The position numbers were made by a program, and so were the translations under genes. Positions 45,145-59,700 of a stretch of 64,000 nt of DNA are shown piece after piece. The notes beneath the pieces are model-generated. The model was not told the DNA's origin. It saw only the letters and a program-made list of their open reading frames with translations, and did not search any database. The DNA comes from Hyaloraphidium curvatum SAG 235-1 (lineage: Eukaryota; Fungi; Monoblepharomycota). Position 1 is the stretch's first letter, and each line of letters opens with the position of its first letter. The stretch covers positions 372,001 through 436,000 of the forward strand of contig JAIVFI010000036.1 in assembly GCA_025558095.1 (NCBI GenBank), read 5' to 3'.

Positions 45145-48100
45145 ATGCAGTGGAACCCGTCAGACGGGACGCGCCCCGTGCCCCTGATGGTCGCGCAGGG
45201 CCTCGCTGCGGCCACTGAGGACGAGGGACAGGGCAAGAAAGAGAAGGTCAAGGGGAAGCGCATCGGCCAGGCCTGCGATAAGTGAGGAGACCCTGAGTCC
45301 CCCTCCGCGAAACCGTCTCACCGTGGGCTGTTCTCACAAGCTGCCACCGGAACAAAAAGAAGTGCTCCGGCGAAAGACCGATCTGCAGCAACTGCGCCCG
45401 CTCGAACCGGGAATGTTCCTATTCGCGGTCGCACAAGAAGAAGGAGACCCGGAGCGCGTACGTGGTGGAGCTCGAAAAGCGGCTCCTGCAGATCGAGGGG
45501 ATGCTATCGGGCGACAGCGTCGTCACGGATGCTGCCTACAGGGACATTCAGAGCCTCGGGAAGCCCGGAAGGAAGAAGACAGCGCTTTCTGGGCCGCATG
45601 CTCGTTCGGCGAGCAACGCGACGACGGACCTGTCGCCGCGTTCGGGACTTTTTCCCATGGCTCGCACTGCTTCTTATGCGGGTAGCGGCGTCGACACCGA
45701 CGGTTACGGTTCCGAGGGAGAGGAGGACGGCGCTGGTTCCGGGGACGACGATTCGTCAGACTCTGGCGAGGAACTGAACCGAATCACGGAGTTGCGGCGA
45801 AGGATTGAGCAGGTCGGACAGCTCGCCGGACTGCGTGTTCAGCAGCAGTTGCAGCAGGAGGCTGCCGCGGGGACCGCGATGGCGGCCGCGATCCAGGCCC
45901 TTCCTCCGGCGCGGCCCATCCTCGACTTGGCAGGCGAGGCTGAACGCGAAGCACGTGAAAGGGAGGAACGCGAGAGACGCAAGCAGGAGATCCGTGAGAT
46001 CAAGAAGCTCGCGGACGATTTGCTGGTGGATTTGGCCGAAGAAGAGGAACTGGAGGATCTCGGGGCGGACGACCAGGCACAAAGCGGAAACTCGAGCCCC
46101 AACCGGTCTCCGACCCGCGGTCCTGTTGCGCAGGGCAAGACTGAGGAAAATCTCGATAGCAAGCAACTGGAGGATCTGTTGAGGCAGCTCTATTCGGGGA
46201 ACCTGCCCATCGAGACTGTCTCGACCAGTTCATCTGCAACGAAGCAGCGAGATCGGCGGCAGAAAAACGCAGTGCCAACAGCAAAAACCACGACATCCAA
46301 CGCTTATGGAGCCTCAGATGCCGACGCTCTCTTTGGGTACGAGTTTCAACCAGCGTTTTTCGGACAGCCTGGGCCCGATCTGGGCGGCGTAGGGAAGCGC
46401 CGGCGGACTGAAGGTACCGCGCCTGGGGCCATTGCGACGACCCTGGCTATGGCGGAGCCTGTCCCTCCCTCTTTGCCATCAGCACACCTGACCTTCGAGC
46501 AGGACTTCACCGACAGCCTGCTCTTCTCCGGTGCCGGCGTCGAGGCGGACCTTGAGACCCCGAAGCCGGCCGATCCCCTCTCGAACGCTCTGCTCGCCCG
46601 GGATCAAACAACCTCGATGAACAGCTCCCTGCGCAGCATCCGACGCGAAGGGAGAGGATTCGGCACCGACGAAGTTGGGCTTGCGGCTGCCGAAATGGGC
46701 CTATTGAGCAACCCGGACGGGAGCAGCATCTTTGGCTCCCCTCAGAGCAGCGAGAATTCGGCAGAGCAGCTCCTCAATGCCATGAGCCAGCTTTCAGTTA
46801 GCCAGCACAACCCTTCGCCCGGCCAGCTGCAGGTGATGGCCCGTCTGGTGCCTCCGGTGCAGTTCAGGCCGGACCTGTTCTTCACCTTTTTCACCCGGGC
46901 CGGGGGCTGGTCACCGTGCGTTTTTCTGCCCGATGCGTTGAGAGAGCTCCATTCTGGAACAATCAGCCCGATTCTCGGATGGGCCGCTTGCGCTGGAGCT
47001 CTCGTTTTCACTGATAATGGCGCGGACCACAAGACGGGCTACAATCCCGAGAGCGAAGTTTACTTCGCACGAGCGAAACGGTACGCGCGCCGATGGCGCT
47101 CATTTGCCTCCCGAGGAGTAATCCCCATTGGTTGCGATCCAGTCTCATTCCGGCTTGCGTCGACGGGCCATGCCTCACCAGCGTTCAAGCTCTGCTGCTC
47201 ATGGCGTTATACGCCACAGGGTCTGGCAGGCCAAGCGCTGCGTGGATGTACAGCGGAATGGTGCGTCATTGCTGGCACGTCGTGGTCACCGATCTCATTC
47301 GTATGCACACAGGCGACAAGGATGGCATACGAGCTGCGCCTGCACCTCAAGCCAGATGCTGCTGCACTCCGGTCGCTGCCAATGGTCGAGCGGGAGGCCA
47401 GATGTCGCACTTGGTGGGCGTGTTTCCTCCTCGATGCGTGCTCGTCCGCGGTCGCGGACCGCCCTCCCTTCCTGAACGTGGACGATGTCACTGCGGATCT
47501 GCCGGACGATGACCTGTGGAACAGCCTGGACGATTGGGGCAATCCGATCCCGGGAACGAAGTCTGCACTCGTTTCTGACCAGCTGCGGAATGACGGGATC
47601 CCGACGGGCGGCAAGGTCGTGGACATTTTCGGCAACGTCATGGGTGACGGCACGAACCTCATCCACAGGCAGTTCCAATCCTACGGTTTCCGCGAGTTTA
47701 CCTCGCTCATGCTGCTGTTCAGCAAAGTCATCCGCTACGTACGGAAGAGCAAGCCCGAGCGTACCCAGATCCTCAAGACCGTTGACCCGGAGCTCGCCAA
47801 GCTGGACAGCCAGCTCTTGGACTGGTACGCCCGGCTGCCGGAAAGCCTCGGCCTGTCGAACCAGCCGCTCGTCGAGCTTGTCACGAACGACGTGGAGCAA
47901 CGCAAGTTCGTGGCCACCAGCTTCATCCATCTGCTCTTCCAGACCACCTGCATCCTCCTCCACCGCCCGGAACTGACCCTCCACAATTTTGCCTGGCCAA
48001 GCGGCTCGTCCTTTGACGCCTGCACGCGGGCGGCAAACGCCATCAACACCATTCTTGAGCGCCTGCTCGCCGTGGACCCAAAGATGGAGTTCATCAACGC

Positions 48101-48617
48101 TTTCGCCGCCTTTTGCGTTTTCGAGAGCGGCGTCATCCACCTCGTCAATTCGATCGTCGGCGACCTGCTCACGCCGGAACAGCTGGAAGCCTACACCTTG
48201 CCGACCACCAGCACAGGCATCGGGTTGGCTGCGGGGGCGCCGTCGCGGAACGCCAAGTCGACCGCCGCGGTCGATCCCCGGCGGCAGCAGCAGGCCTTCA
48301 TCGAGGCCGCCAAGAGGAGCCTCCGCACGCACCTGAACGCCCTCAAGTCCTTGAAGCGGTACTGGGCGTCGGCGGAATGCTACTACGTGACGCTGGGCAG
48401 GCTGGTCGTCGAGAACAACATCCTTCCCGCGGTCGAGGTCTACGAGCAGGCGCCCAACCTGCTTCCCACGGATCCGGTCGAGTACTTCAACTTGGTGAGC
48501 CGACATTCGCCTGCGGTTGCTTCACCAGCTAACGTGGTGTGGCTCCGTCAGCTTCTCTCGGAAGGTGCTCAAGCGCAGATGCGCGACATGGACGCTTTAC
48601 AGCAGTTTGCTAGGTGA
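45145..48617 (+). CDS. Zn(II)2Cys6 fungal transcription factor with middle homology region
   Basis: Spliced ACDN/CHRNKKKCSGERPICSNCARSNRECSY (intron about 45282-45340); RMAYELRLH, EREARCRTWWACFLLD, ILLHRP. Confidence 0.88.
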
Positions 48618-48767
48618 TTTTGGTCTCATCTGTGTAGCGTGGGAGTTTGCGAGGAATGGATCGGTTCTGTGCGAAACGAAAAGCCGTCCACCCCCTCCCG
48701 ACCGATCAAGGAGTTCAAATCGAATCTTTTGCCCGCATAGAATATACACCGAGGACTCAGTAACTGC

Positions 48768-51386
48768 TTAGAGGGACTCCGCATACCTGTCGGAGAAGGT
48801 CAGAGACGGAAAGGATGTGCGGAGGAGGTGCGACTCACATGGCGTCGATCTGGGGGCGGTAGTGCTTGGCGGCGATCTGGCGCTTCAGCTTGAAGGTCGG
48901 GGTCCTGTGGACGGCATCCAATCAGTTCGAAATCCAACGCGAGGTACCCGCGGCGCACGCACAGGAGGTTGTTCTCCACGCTGAAGGGCTCGCTCTCGAG
49001 GTAGAGGTTTTTCAGGCACTCGAAGCCCTTGAGCCCGTTCTGCTTGCCGAACGACTCGAGCTCGCCGACGACGGCCTTGCGCACGGCGGGGTCCTTGGCG
49101 TCCTTGCCGGCGAGCCCCTTCTTCTCGAGGAAGGCCTTGAGCTCCGAGGGCTCGGCGACGAGCACGCCGACCAGGGTGGTCTGGAGCGAGTCGCCGTGGA
49201 CAAAGAGCTGCTGCACGATCGGGTGCTTGCTGAGCGCGATCTCGATCTTCTCGGGCGCGACGTATTCGCCCTGAGCGAGCTTGAACTGTCGGCGGGAGGG
49301 GATCAATAACTGGACTCGAGGATCGGCCGGAGCCACCTACGATGTTCTTGACACGGTCAATGATCTGGAGACGTCCGCCGTCGCCGAACTGGCCGACGTC
49401 GCCGGTGTGCTGCCAGCCGTCCTTGTCGATGGTCTCGGCTGGTTCGAGGTCAGCGCGACGATCGTCGGCAGGACGGGATCAACGCACCGGTCTTCTCCTC
49501 GTCCTTGTAGTAGCCCTGGAAGACGGCGGGTCCGCGGACGCAGATCTCGCCGCGCGGGTAGGGCTTGTCCGTGGAGCGGTAGTTGAGCTCGGGCAGGTCG
49601 ACGAGCTTGATCTCGGAGCAGGGGTCGATGGCCATGCCCACGGCGATGTCGGCGCAGTCGCCGATCGAAATGCCGCAGAAGTTCTCGGTCTGGCCGTAGC
49701 CCTCGACCATGATGGTGCAGAAGACGACGCGGAAGAAGTTGATGACGTCCTGCGACAGGGGCGCGGCGCCGGTGATCATGATCTTGACGCGGCCGCCGAG
49801 CTTCTCCTTGATCTTGCCGAAGACGACGCGGTCCCAGAGCGAGTGGGTGTGGCCCTGGCCCTTCTGGAGGTAGCTGATCTTGCTCTTGTACGCGTACTCG
49901 AAGAGCTGCTTGGCGATGCCGCCCTTCTTGTTGACGGCGGAGAGCACGCCGTCGTAGATCCTGTTGTACAGGCGGGGCACCGACGCGAAGATGGTGGGCT
50001 TCAGGTTGACGAGGTCGTCCATGAGCTTGGTCGCGTCGCCCTGGTAGAAGCCGACCGAGCCGCCGATGGTGTACATGGCCAGCTCCACGGTGCGCTCGAA
50101 CACGTGCGCGAGGGGCAGGTAGCTCTGGAAAACGTCGCCGGGGCCCAGGTCGACGAAGCGGCCCTTCTCCATCAGCGCCAGCAGCACGCCCTGGACGACC
50201 GTGACGAAGTTGCCGTGGCTGAGGACGGCGCCCTACAGGGACGGAAAAAAGGCGTCAGCGGCGGCTGTGGCACCGCACGACGCGTTTGCGGCGCACCTTG
50301 GGGTTGCCGGTGGTGCCCGACGTGTAGCAGATGGTCGCGATGTCCGTGACCTTGGGCCTGTTCTCGGGGGCCGGGTTCTTGGCGCCGGAGGCCTCGATGT
50401 CCGAGAACTTGTGGATGCCGATGCCGGCGGCCTCTGCGGCGGCCTTGAGGTCGTCCTTGATGTTCTCGCCGTCCATGATGATGAGCGTCTTGAGCAGCTT
50501 CAAGTCCTTGGCGTCCTTGATCAGGGCCTTGGCCTTGTCGGACGTGGCGACCACGAGCGACATGCCGGTCTGCTCCATGATGAAGGCAACACCCTGCGAG
50601 CCGAGCGTGTCGTAGATGGGCACGTTCTGGATTTCGGGCGATCGCACCGAGGATGAGATCGCGGGGTCCCGGCGCCGCCCGGCGGTCCACCCACCGTGAG
50701 GCCGTACAGGTACGTGGCGTACTCAGTGATGACCCACTCGGGCCTGTTGACGCTCATCATGCCGATCATGGCGCCGGGCTGGACGCCGAACTCCTTGATG
50801 AGGCCCGAGCCAAAGTCGTGGAAGCGCTTCCACACGGTGGTGTAGTTCTGCCACGAGTAGCCGGGGGCGACGGAGCCATCGGCGTTCCGGTTGCGCACGC
50901 CGAAGCAGTTGCCGTTGGCTGGCGATGGGATGGCGATGCGGAGCCTCGGAGGTCAGCGCGGGAGGGGGGCAGGCAAACGAGCACCCACGGTTCTTCTTCA
51001 GGCCGCCCTTCTCGAAGCAGTCGACTGCGGTCTGGAACTCGGCGGTGGGGCCGCGCAGCGCGTCGAGGAAGAGCGGGTGCCTGCGGGGCTGCGGGCGAGT
51101 TAGAAGGCGATCGAAGGCGGGTGGACGGCGTCCAGACAGCGCCCCCGGCCCGCCGCCGCCGGCTGAAAGAGCGCCTCGGCGGCATCAAAGTGTGCGCGGG
51201 CCCGCGACGCCGTGGCCGTGCGGATCCGGCGGGTGCGGCCGGGGAAGCACTCCAGGGCCCAGGGCCCAGTCTGCCTCCCGTGCCCCCCGCGGGCCGCGCC
51301 GCGCTCCTCACCTTCGATTCGCCGGGGATGTCGGGCGCGCCGGGCACCTCGGCCGAGAAGGCCTTCATGGGCGGTCCAACGGGCAT
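48768..51386 (-). CDS. Long-chain fatty acyl-CoA synthetase (ACSL/Faa type)
   Basis: ICYTSGTTGNPKG, SYLPLAHVFER, EGYGQTE, RGEICVRGP, KLAQGEYVAPEKIE; many introns. Confidence 0.92.
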
Positions 51387-51521
51387 GATTGCAGGGCTGT
51401 GGTGGCCGGGGGAGACGGGTGCGATGCAGAAACCGGTCAGGGCGCCGCGGTCCGGGCGCGTCGCAGGCACCCACGGGTCCTTTAAGGCGACGCGAGACCG
51501 GCGGATAACGCGGGGTGCGCG

Positions 51522-53367
51522 TTATTCGATTGTTGCGGAGCGGGTCGGGCGTTGCGCGCTCGCAGATCGAAGACCGGCGCGCAAGGGCACCAGCCGAGAG
51601 GGGCTCGGGGTCTTCATGTGACGCAGGAGCGCAGGTGGAGACAGTTTTGGTATGAGATCCATACAAAAAGATTGCCAAGGCAAAGAAGATCGTTCCGAGA
51701 AGCTGCACCCTTGTTAGCGCCGACGACGCAGGAACAAGCACCAGGTCTTGGGCTCGCGCGTCGGCTGCTGATCCGACAAGGTCTCCGGATGCTTCCCGGA
51801 CGCCGCCGAACTTCCGCTCCCCTGCCTCCCAACCCCCTTCTGGCCCGGCACGGCCGCTCCAGGCATCTTGGAAGATCCAGAAGGCGATGCAGGCGAGCTG
51901 ATCACGGAGGATGTCGGCGCCGGGCGCCTTCCAATCAGCGGGTCCTTTTTCGGATCGTATGATCCGGTCCTCTCAAGCCTCACGACCGACGCAACCACCG
52001 GCGGCTCCTCGTAACCCGCTCCTTGCGGCTGTTCGCCGTCATTCCGGCGCCAGCAGACGCTCCCGTCGGCCGAGAGCATCGCCCCGATGCTCGTCGTCCT
52101 CTTTGGAACGTCTTCGAGCCATTCGCCCGGATCGGCGGCCTGCGGATCCCCGCCCGGCCTTCCGAGCGACGCTAGGATCGGCTCCTCCTCCTTCTCCACG
52201 GCCTTTGCGGGGCTGGCGGCGGCGGCGGCGAAGGGGAAGCTCCTCGGCCCGCGGGGCGTGGCCGGCGGCTTCTTCAGGCCGCCCCCTCCCGCGCCGGGCT
52301 TGACCGCGGGGGCATCGGGGATCCGGCGGTATAGGCTGTACACCGTGCCCAGCACCGCCGAGATCTCGTCCTCGGGTTCCTCCTCGATCGGGGGGAGGCG
52401 AGGGGACGGGGCCCAGGAGACGTGATCGCCGGCGGTGGGGTAGGTGAAGTCGGCCGATTCGGGCTCGGACGGCTCGGGGGAGGGAGCCTGGCCTTCGGAG
52501 CGGGCCGAGGAAGACGGGAGGGACGGCGTCTGAAGCCGCGGCACGGCGGTGTCCGAGTCGATGGTGAGGAACAGCACGGGGACTGCGATCATTGGTGGAA
52601 GCCGTCAGCTTCCCTCGAGTCACACCTCACGGTCATAGAAGCTTACCTTGCCCACGCCGTGTGCTCAGTTTTCCCAAAGGCGTCGCATCCGCTCTTGGCT
52701 CGGTGCTTTTCGGCGTCTTTGGCGGCGTCGCCAGCCCCCCTTGTCCGATTGGCGCAGAGTCGGGCAGTTTTGGGATTGGGGCATCCAGGGCAAGGCTCGG
52801 AACTTGGCCGGGGTCCGCGAGGGGGCCCAACCGCCCGGACAACTGCGGAGTCTGCGTCGTACGAACGCCGAGCATCGCGGTCGAAGCGGCACGCGAAGAG
52901 AAGGAGTCCCGCTCCAGGCTCTGCTCCTCCGCATCTTTCGGCCCTGCCGGCGGGGCAGGTTCCTGCTCCGGCTCGGGCCGCGCCTCCATCCCCCGATCGG
53001 GTCCGTCCCCTGCGGCCTTCACGCCCTTCAGCTCCGCGAGCACCATCAGCTGCTCGTCCAGCGCCCTGGCCTTGCGCATGATGGTCCTGAGCATCCCCGC
53101 CCTCCTCGCAACCGCCGCCGCGCGGTCCTCGTCCGGGCCGTCCGAGAGGTCCGAGATCTCGCTCAGGGCGTCCGAGGCCGGCTCGAGGTCCAGGTGCAGC
53201 TGCGCCGCGGTGTCGGCGTATTTGGCGACGAGGCCGGGTTTGGCGGCCGGGCGCGCGGGGGAGGCATCTGGCTGCGCGGGGAGGTGCACCGCGGTGAGCG
53301 CGCCCGAGGCCGTCGAGTGGCTCGAGAGGCTGAAGCGGGGGGCATCGGGCACGACCACGTCCATCAT
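51522..53367 (-). CDS. Hypothetical low-complexity Pro/Ser-rich protein
   Basis: Consecutive same-strand ORFs (52633-53511, 51714-52592) that can be joined by GT-AG introns; no recognisable domain. Confidence 0.4.
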
Positions 53368-53711
53368 GAAGGCGCCGCGCCTGGCGAAGGGCAGCGAGGG
53401 AAGGGGAACGTGCAGGATGGCCGGTGATGATGTGGCGGTCGACTCGGCCGTCCAACTCCGCTTCTGCTGGTCGCACCAGCTGACCATCTTTCGTCGAACG
53501 CACCCGAACAATCACAATTCGACTTGGCCGCAACGACGGACGAATGTAATGCCTGTCTTGCGCATAGCTTTTGTTTCTTCGACGCGGGACAACGCATGAC
53601 ACAGCTCTGCATGACTGGCCGACAAGTCACAGCACCCGTTCCTCATCAATGCAACGAACTACAAACACTAGTCAACCATGCACGACTTCAAACGAACACC
53701 TTGCATTAGAA

Positions 53712-56700
53712 TCAGCGCACCTCCAGCGCAAACGTGTCCTCGACGTCGAGGCCCAGGTACCCGTCGCTGACCATGAGCACCGAGTAGACGAACCGACCCC
53801 GCTCCTCCGGGGCGACAAAAGTCACGGTGGCAGACAGCGGGGCCGACGAAGCAGCGCGCGAGTTCCCGCCGGACGCAACGTTGACGGGCGAGACCCTCGT
53901 CAGAGCCAGCAGGTCGTCGGCCTCCCTGTCCGCGAGCACAAGCCACCATCCCTCGTGCTGCGGCTTGGGATAGAACGGGGCGTGCACGCGGAAATCCTTC
54001 CCGCGGAACGGCTTGCGGCGCCGGGCCTCGATCTTGAGCTCGTACGTCCTGCCGGCTTCCACGCGGACCGACTCGAGCGGCTCGTCCTTTTCCTTTTGGA
54101 AAGCGAGCTCCCGCGGCCCGCCCTCCTTGCTCTTGGTCTCGACCACGCGCCGCCGAATGTCCAGCACCGGCATGTTGGAAAGCACGCCGACGATCTCCTG
54201 CGCCTCGCTGCGGCTGATGCCGGGCACTTTGAGCAAGGTTTCGAGGGCGGCGTCGTTGGGCAGGGCTGCCAAGGCGAAGAGCGACTCCAGGGGCTTTCCC
54301 CGGTGGGCCACGGCCCCGAGCATGTCCTTCTTGAAGTGCGGCAGCGTGAGCAGGGGCGAGTCCGTGGGCCAGCGAGCCTGCTTGATGCACTGCATGGAGC
54401 GCATGATGCCCAGCGCCGTCGAGAGGTAGCCCTGGTCGGCGGCCACGTCCACCATTGCCTGAATGATACGAATTGCCTGATCAAGAACCGACTTGGTGTC
54501 CGTGTAGTAGTCGCTGCAGGGGAGCGTCCTGAGCCGCGAGAGGTGGGCTTCGATGAGCAGGAAGGCCTTGGTGTTGGAGTCGTCATAGCCGCGGTCCCTC
54601 GTGAAGGCCGCGCGACCACCGCCGAATCGAGAGCTTGAGACATCCATCGCGGGAAGCGGGAGCTGCTTCTCCAGGTCCATGTTCATGAGATCTAGGCAAG
54701 AAGTTACTTTCATGTTCGGGAAAGTCACGAAGTCAAGGCGAACCTTCGTTGTGGCGGACCGGCAGCTCCGAGTACTCGACCGAGTCGCACAAGATTCGGA
54801 GCAAGCGGGGAAAGTCGCCCAGCAGGTCCTCGGAACTCGGGGCAGACCTGTAATCGGGAGTGATTCGGTCCTTGAAGATCTTCATCCTTTCGACCATCCC
54901 AAATCAGAACCTGCGCGACACACCCGACGATTGACCCACGTTCGATGGCTCAGGTAGTAGTAAGAAGCGATGCGGCCCAACGTGGTCGGCACGAGGTCCA
55001 TTTCGCCGACCTCCTCGACGCAATAGGAAGCAGCAAGGTCGTGCACCGTACTGGACACCAGCTCCGAGAGGTACATGGCTACGCTCGCTGGCGACGAGTC
55101 GTCGAGTCCGTAGTAAGTCGGGTTCATCTGGAGCCGGCGGAAGAGGTACGTCCACGAGAGGTAGTCGATCGTGTCCTGCTTGCTCTGCACGGTACCGGCG
55201 ACGATCTCCGCGTTCAGATGATCGTGCAAGGCGAGGTGAAGAGACGATTCGACGGGGAAAGGTTCGAAGAGGAACTTCTTGTAGCTGTGCGCGGCGCGTC
55301 AGAACAGAGCACGACCGCGAACGCGCCACACTCACAAGTTCTTCTTGACGTCCTGGACGAATACAAAGGCGACAGCCGAGTTGTCGTACTGAGGCCGCCC
55401 CGCACGTCCAACCATCTGCAGAACGTCCGTGATGGGGAAATCGACGTAGCCTTTCTGAGCAGCATCAAAGTATTCCGTGCCCTTGACGACGACGAGATGG
55501 GCGGGGGTGTTGATACCTGTCGGACGCCTGATCAGCTCGACGAGCCACACGGTGAACCGCGACAACCAACCCCAGGCAAGCGTCGAAGTAGCAACGAGCA
55601 CCTGAATCTTGTTGTTCACGAAAAGCTCCTCGACCAGACGCCGATCGCTTTCGACGAGACCGGCATGGTGCAGGCCGATCCCGAAGCCAAGGGAGTAGCG
55701 CAATGCCGCGTCCTTGACCTGGGTGACGATCATGTCCATCTCTTCCTCGGGCATGTTGAGGAACATCTTGGGGTTGTCGTCGTTGGCGCAGAGGCTGACG
55801 AGGTCCTGCGCCGTCAGGCGCGTCTGCCGCCGAGACGAGACAAAGACGATGACGGGCTTCTTGGGTGAGTGGCTCCTAATGGCTTGGTACGTCGGCTTGT
55901 TCATGGACTGCATCCGAGGGCAGTAGAACTTGCCCGGAAAGGCGTCGATGTGGATTTCGAGCGGAACAGGCCGGACAGAGTGCTTGAAGTTGAAGAGACC
56001 CTGGTCCGTGATCCCGAGCCAGTCGGCGAGGTCCCCGGCATTGGCCAAAGCCGTGCTGAGCCCAACGATTCTGATGGAACGGTCCGTGTTGGAGGCGATG
56101 TAGTTCATCCGGCTGACGATGACCTCGAGGATCGGCCCGCGGTCGCCGCCGAGAAGGTGGATCTCGTCGATGATGACGAGCGACACGTCCTGCACGTAGC
56201 TACGGCTGCTCCACGATCGACTGATGCCGTCCCACTTTTCGGGCGTGGTGATGATGACGTCGGCGTTTTGGATCGTCCGCGTGTCGGGCGTGACGTCGCC
56301 CGTAAGCTCGACCAACCGGCGGCCCATTCGGTGCATAAGCCGCGCGTTCCAGTCCAGCACCCTCTCGCGGACGAGGGCCTTGAGCGGAGCAATGTAGACG
56401 ACCTTGGACTTTAGCATGTCCCGGAAAGCGGCCCTGCGCGGAGCGACAAACTTGAGCTTCGCAGCTCTTTCCGAGCGGGATAGTGCCTACCACATGGCGA
56501 GCTCGGCGGCGACCGTTTTGCCTGAGCCCGTCGGGGCACCGAGCAGCACGTTGTGGTGCGTCCGGTAAAGAGTGTGGAAGACCTGGGTCTGGATCGGATT
56601 GAAATACTGGAAACGCTCGCGACAGATCTCCTCCAGAATCTCGTCCTGTAGCGCAGAGACTGGCAGCGGCTGGAGGTCAAGCAGCTCCGTGTGTTGGGTG

Positions 56701-59700
56701 CGGTTCATGCTCGGCAGAATTAGGTGCTGGCGCACTTGTCAGCCGATACGAGAAACAAGCAGCTTTGACCTTACCTTGAACGACACCGGAATGACCGTCT
56801 CCGAGCCCAGCCAGCGGTCCGACACCGCCCGAATGTAGATCTGCGGGGGCAGCTGGTCCGTCGTGCTGTCGGTCGTGGGCACCGGGATCGTGAAGCCGAG
56901 CTTGATGGTCTGCCGGCTCTGCTTCTTCTGGATCACGAGGTACTCCGAATGAAGCAGGGAAACCTGCTCGCCGTCCTCGACCCAAATCCAGAACGGCTCG
57001 GCGCCGCCGTGGACCCGGTCGTTCCACAGAAAGTCCGGAGTCACGTCGAGGCTAATGCGGAGCACGGTCCGGGTGATGGGAGCCACTGACACCTCAAGAT
57101 CCAGCCGCGGAAACTCGGAAACCATGCGCTTCAACGTCCCGGCGTACTTCTTGTGCCTGATCCAGGCGCCGAGCTCCGCCGTATCCATGTCCCTCAGCGC
57201 TTCGAGCTGCGACCCCTGCGGCTTCTCCTCGAGCTTGGTGATAATCTCGTACGGAACGTCAAACTGCGCGAGGAAGTTCTCGAACCGCCACATGCGCTTG
57301 TCCACGCTCTTGCACAGCGCCAGGATGGTGTAGGCCGTCGGGCCCCAGTTGCGGCTCAGCGCGATTTCGAACAGCGCCCTCAGGATCCTGCCCGAGTTCT
57401 GGGCCACGTAGTTGGTGTCCGACTGGAGCGCAAAGTCCTCGACCCATTCGCGGCTGATGTAGCTCTGTAGCAGGATGTTGACCTTGCCGTGCACATTCTC
57501 GGCGCCGCCAAAGGCCTCGCAGACCGCGTTCCGCTCCAGGCTCTTGAGCTCCGACTGCTCCTCGTCCCGCACCTTCATCTGGTCAAACTCGGAGCTCATG
57601 GCCACCATCTTGAGCACGTCTGCCTCGGTCATCTGCGCGTGCATCATTTCGTTGAAGATCTCCACCGTCGCGTGGCGGATGTAGTAGTTGGACGCGATGC
57701 GGCCCAGGTTCTTGGCCGTGAAGTAGCCCACGTTCTCGTCGAACACGATCATCTGCGCCTTGGCCAGCTTTTTGGCCGCCAGCACCACGAGGTCCCTCCG
57801 CCGCTTGCCCAGGAGCGGGTCGTCCTCGAGCTCCTTGCGGTCGACCCCGTACGCGAGCGGGTTCTTGCGCATGCGGATGTACAGGAACGTGTAGCCCAGC
57901 CACGAGACGGCCTCGTCGACGTTGGTCACCGTGCCCAGCGAGATCTCGGCGTTGAGGTTGTCCTCGAGGTTGGTCACGAACTGCGACTCGATCGGGAACT
58001 GCTGCGTCATGGCCGAGACGTAGTGCTGCAGCTTGTCGTGCGAGGTGAGGATGAAGCCCAGCCCGTGGTCCTCGTACTGCGGCCGCCCGGCACGGCCAAA
58101 GATCTGCAGCACGTCCAGGATGGAGAGGTCAACGAATGTGCCCTTTTGCGAGTCGTAGATCTGGGTCCCCTTGATGATCACGGCGTAGGCCGGCAGGTTG
58201 ACGCCCCACGCGAGCGTGGAGGTGCAGCACAGGACCCGGATGAGGCCGTCGGCGAACATCTTCTCGACCATGTTCCGGTCCGACCGCAGCATCCCGGCGT
58301 GGTGGATCCCGAAGCCGTGGTTGAACAGCTCGCGCAGCTCCTTGTTCTTGCTGCGCTGCATGTCCTTGGCGGCAAGCCCGAAACGCGGATCGTCCTTTGC
58401 CGAGAAGACGTCCATGGTGCCCTCCTGCGCCGCCATGTCGCGCAGGCTCATGGCGCTCTTGACGGTCGCTTTGCGCGCGTGTACAAAGATCATGACCTGC
58501 TTGCCCTGCCGGACGAACTCGAGCGCCTTTTCGTAGGCGTAGCGGTCCTGTATGACCGTGTGGGCGCGCACGCCGGCGGGAGCCTTGATGCCGACGAAGG
58601 TCTGGCCCAGCGGCACGGGCCGGTACGAGGCGTCAAAGAAGAAGAGCCCCTTGTACAGGTTGACGCGGAGGAACTGCGCCACGTCGGCGTAGTTGGGCAG
58701 CGTAGCCGAGAGCCCCAGCAGCCGGATGGGCAGCTGGCTCGACTCGACCTGCCGCAGCGTCCTGGCGACCAGCGTCTCGAGCACCGCGCCGCGGTCGTCG
58801 TGGAGCAGGTGCACCTCGTCCACGATCAGCAGGCGGACCTTCTGCACCAGCTCCGTGTCGCCAGTGGACTTGCGCGTCACCACGTCCCACTTTTCCGGCG
58901 TGGTCACGATGATGTTGGTCTCTTGGATCTCGCGCTTGGTGAGTTGCATGTCTCCCGTGAGCTCCCGGGCCACGATGCCCAGGTAACCCAGCCGTTTAGC
59001 GAACTTGCCTGTGATTTCGGCCGCCAGCGCCTTCATCGGCGCCACGTAGACCACCTTGAACTCGTCCCCCTTGACCGCGCCCCGCTCGTCCAGGTACGAC
59101 GCCACAGTGTTGAGCACCGTCATGACGGCCACGTCCGTCTTGCCCGCGCCCGTGGGGGCGCACACGAGCATGTTCTCCAGCGATCCCCACGCGGTCTGGA
59201 AGACGCGGGACTGCATCCGGTTGAGCGAGGCGTACCCCGCGAACGCGCGGCGGGCCCATTCCGGGAAAGCCGAGATCGGCACCAGCGGCGGCTCGTCCGC
59301 GTGGGACTTGGGCGGGGGTATGGGGATCTCCACCTGCTCGTACTCCTTGAGGTCCGTGCGGGTGGTGCCGGGCGGGAGCGAGTACTTGGTCCCGAAGACG
59401 GAGAGGATGGAACCCCCCGTGTTGCTGCCGTAGACGTGCGGGTACTGCGGGCCGGCCAGCGCCTCGGAAAGCTTGACGTCCGACGAGAACAGCGGGCGGG
59501 CGGCATTCTCGAGCAGCTGCTGCTCGCGGGCCTGTCGCATGGCCGAGAAGTCGAGGCCGAGGAGGGAGGCGGATTCGGCGGCGGCCTGGTCGCCCTGGGC
59601 GGCCTGGTGCTTCTCGCGGGCGGCCTTCTTGGCGTCCTTGCGCGCGGCCTTCTGGGCGGCGCGCTCGGAGGCGGTGGTGATCGTGACCCCGGGTCCGTAG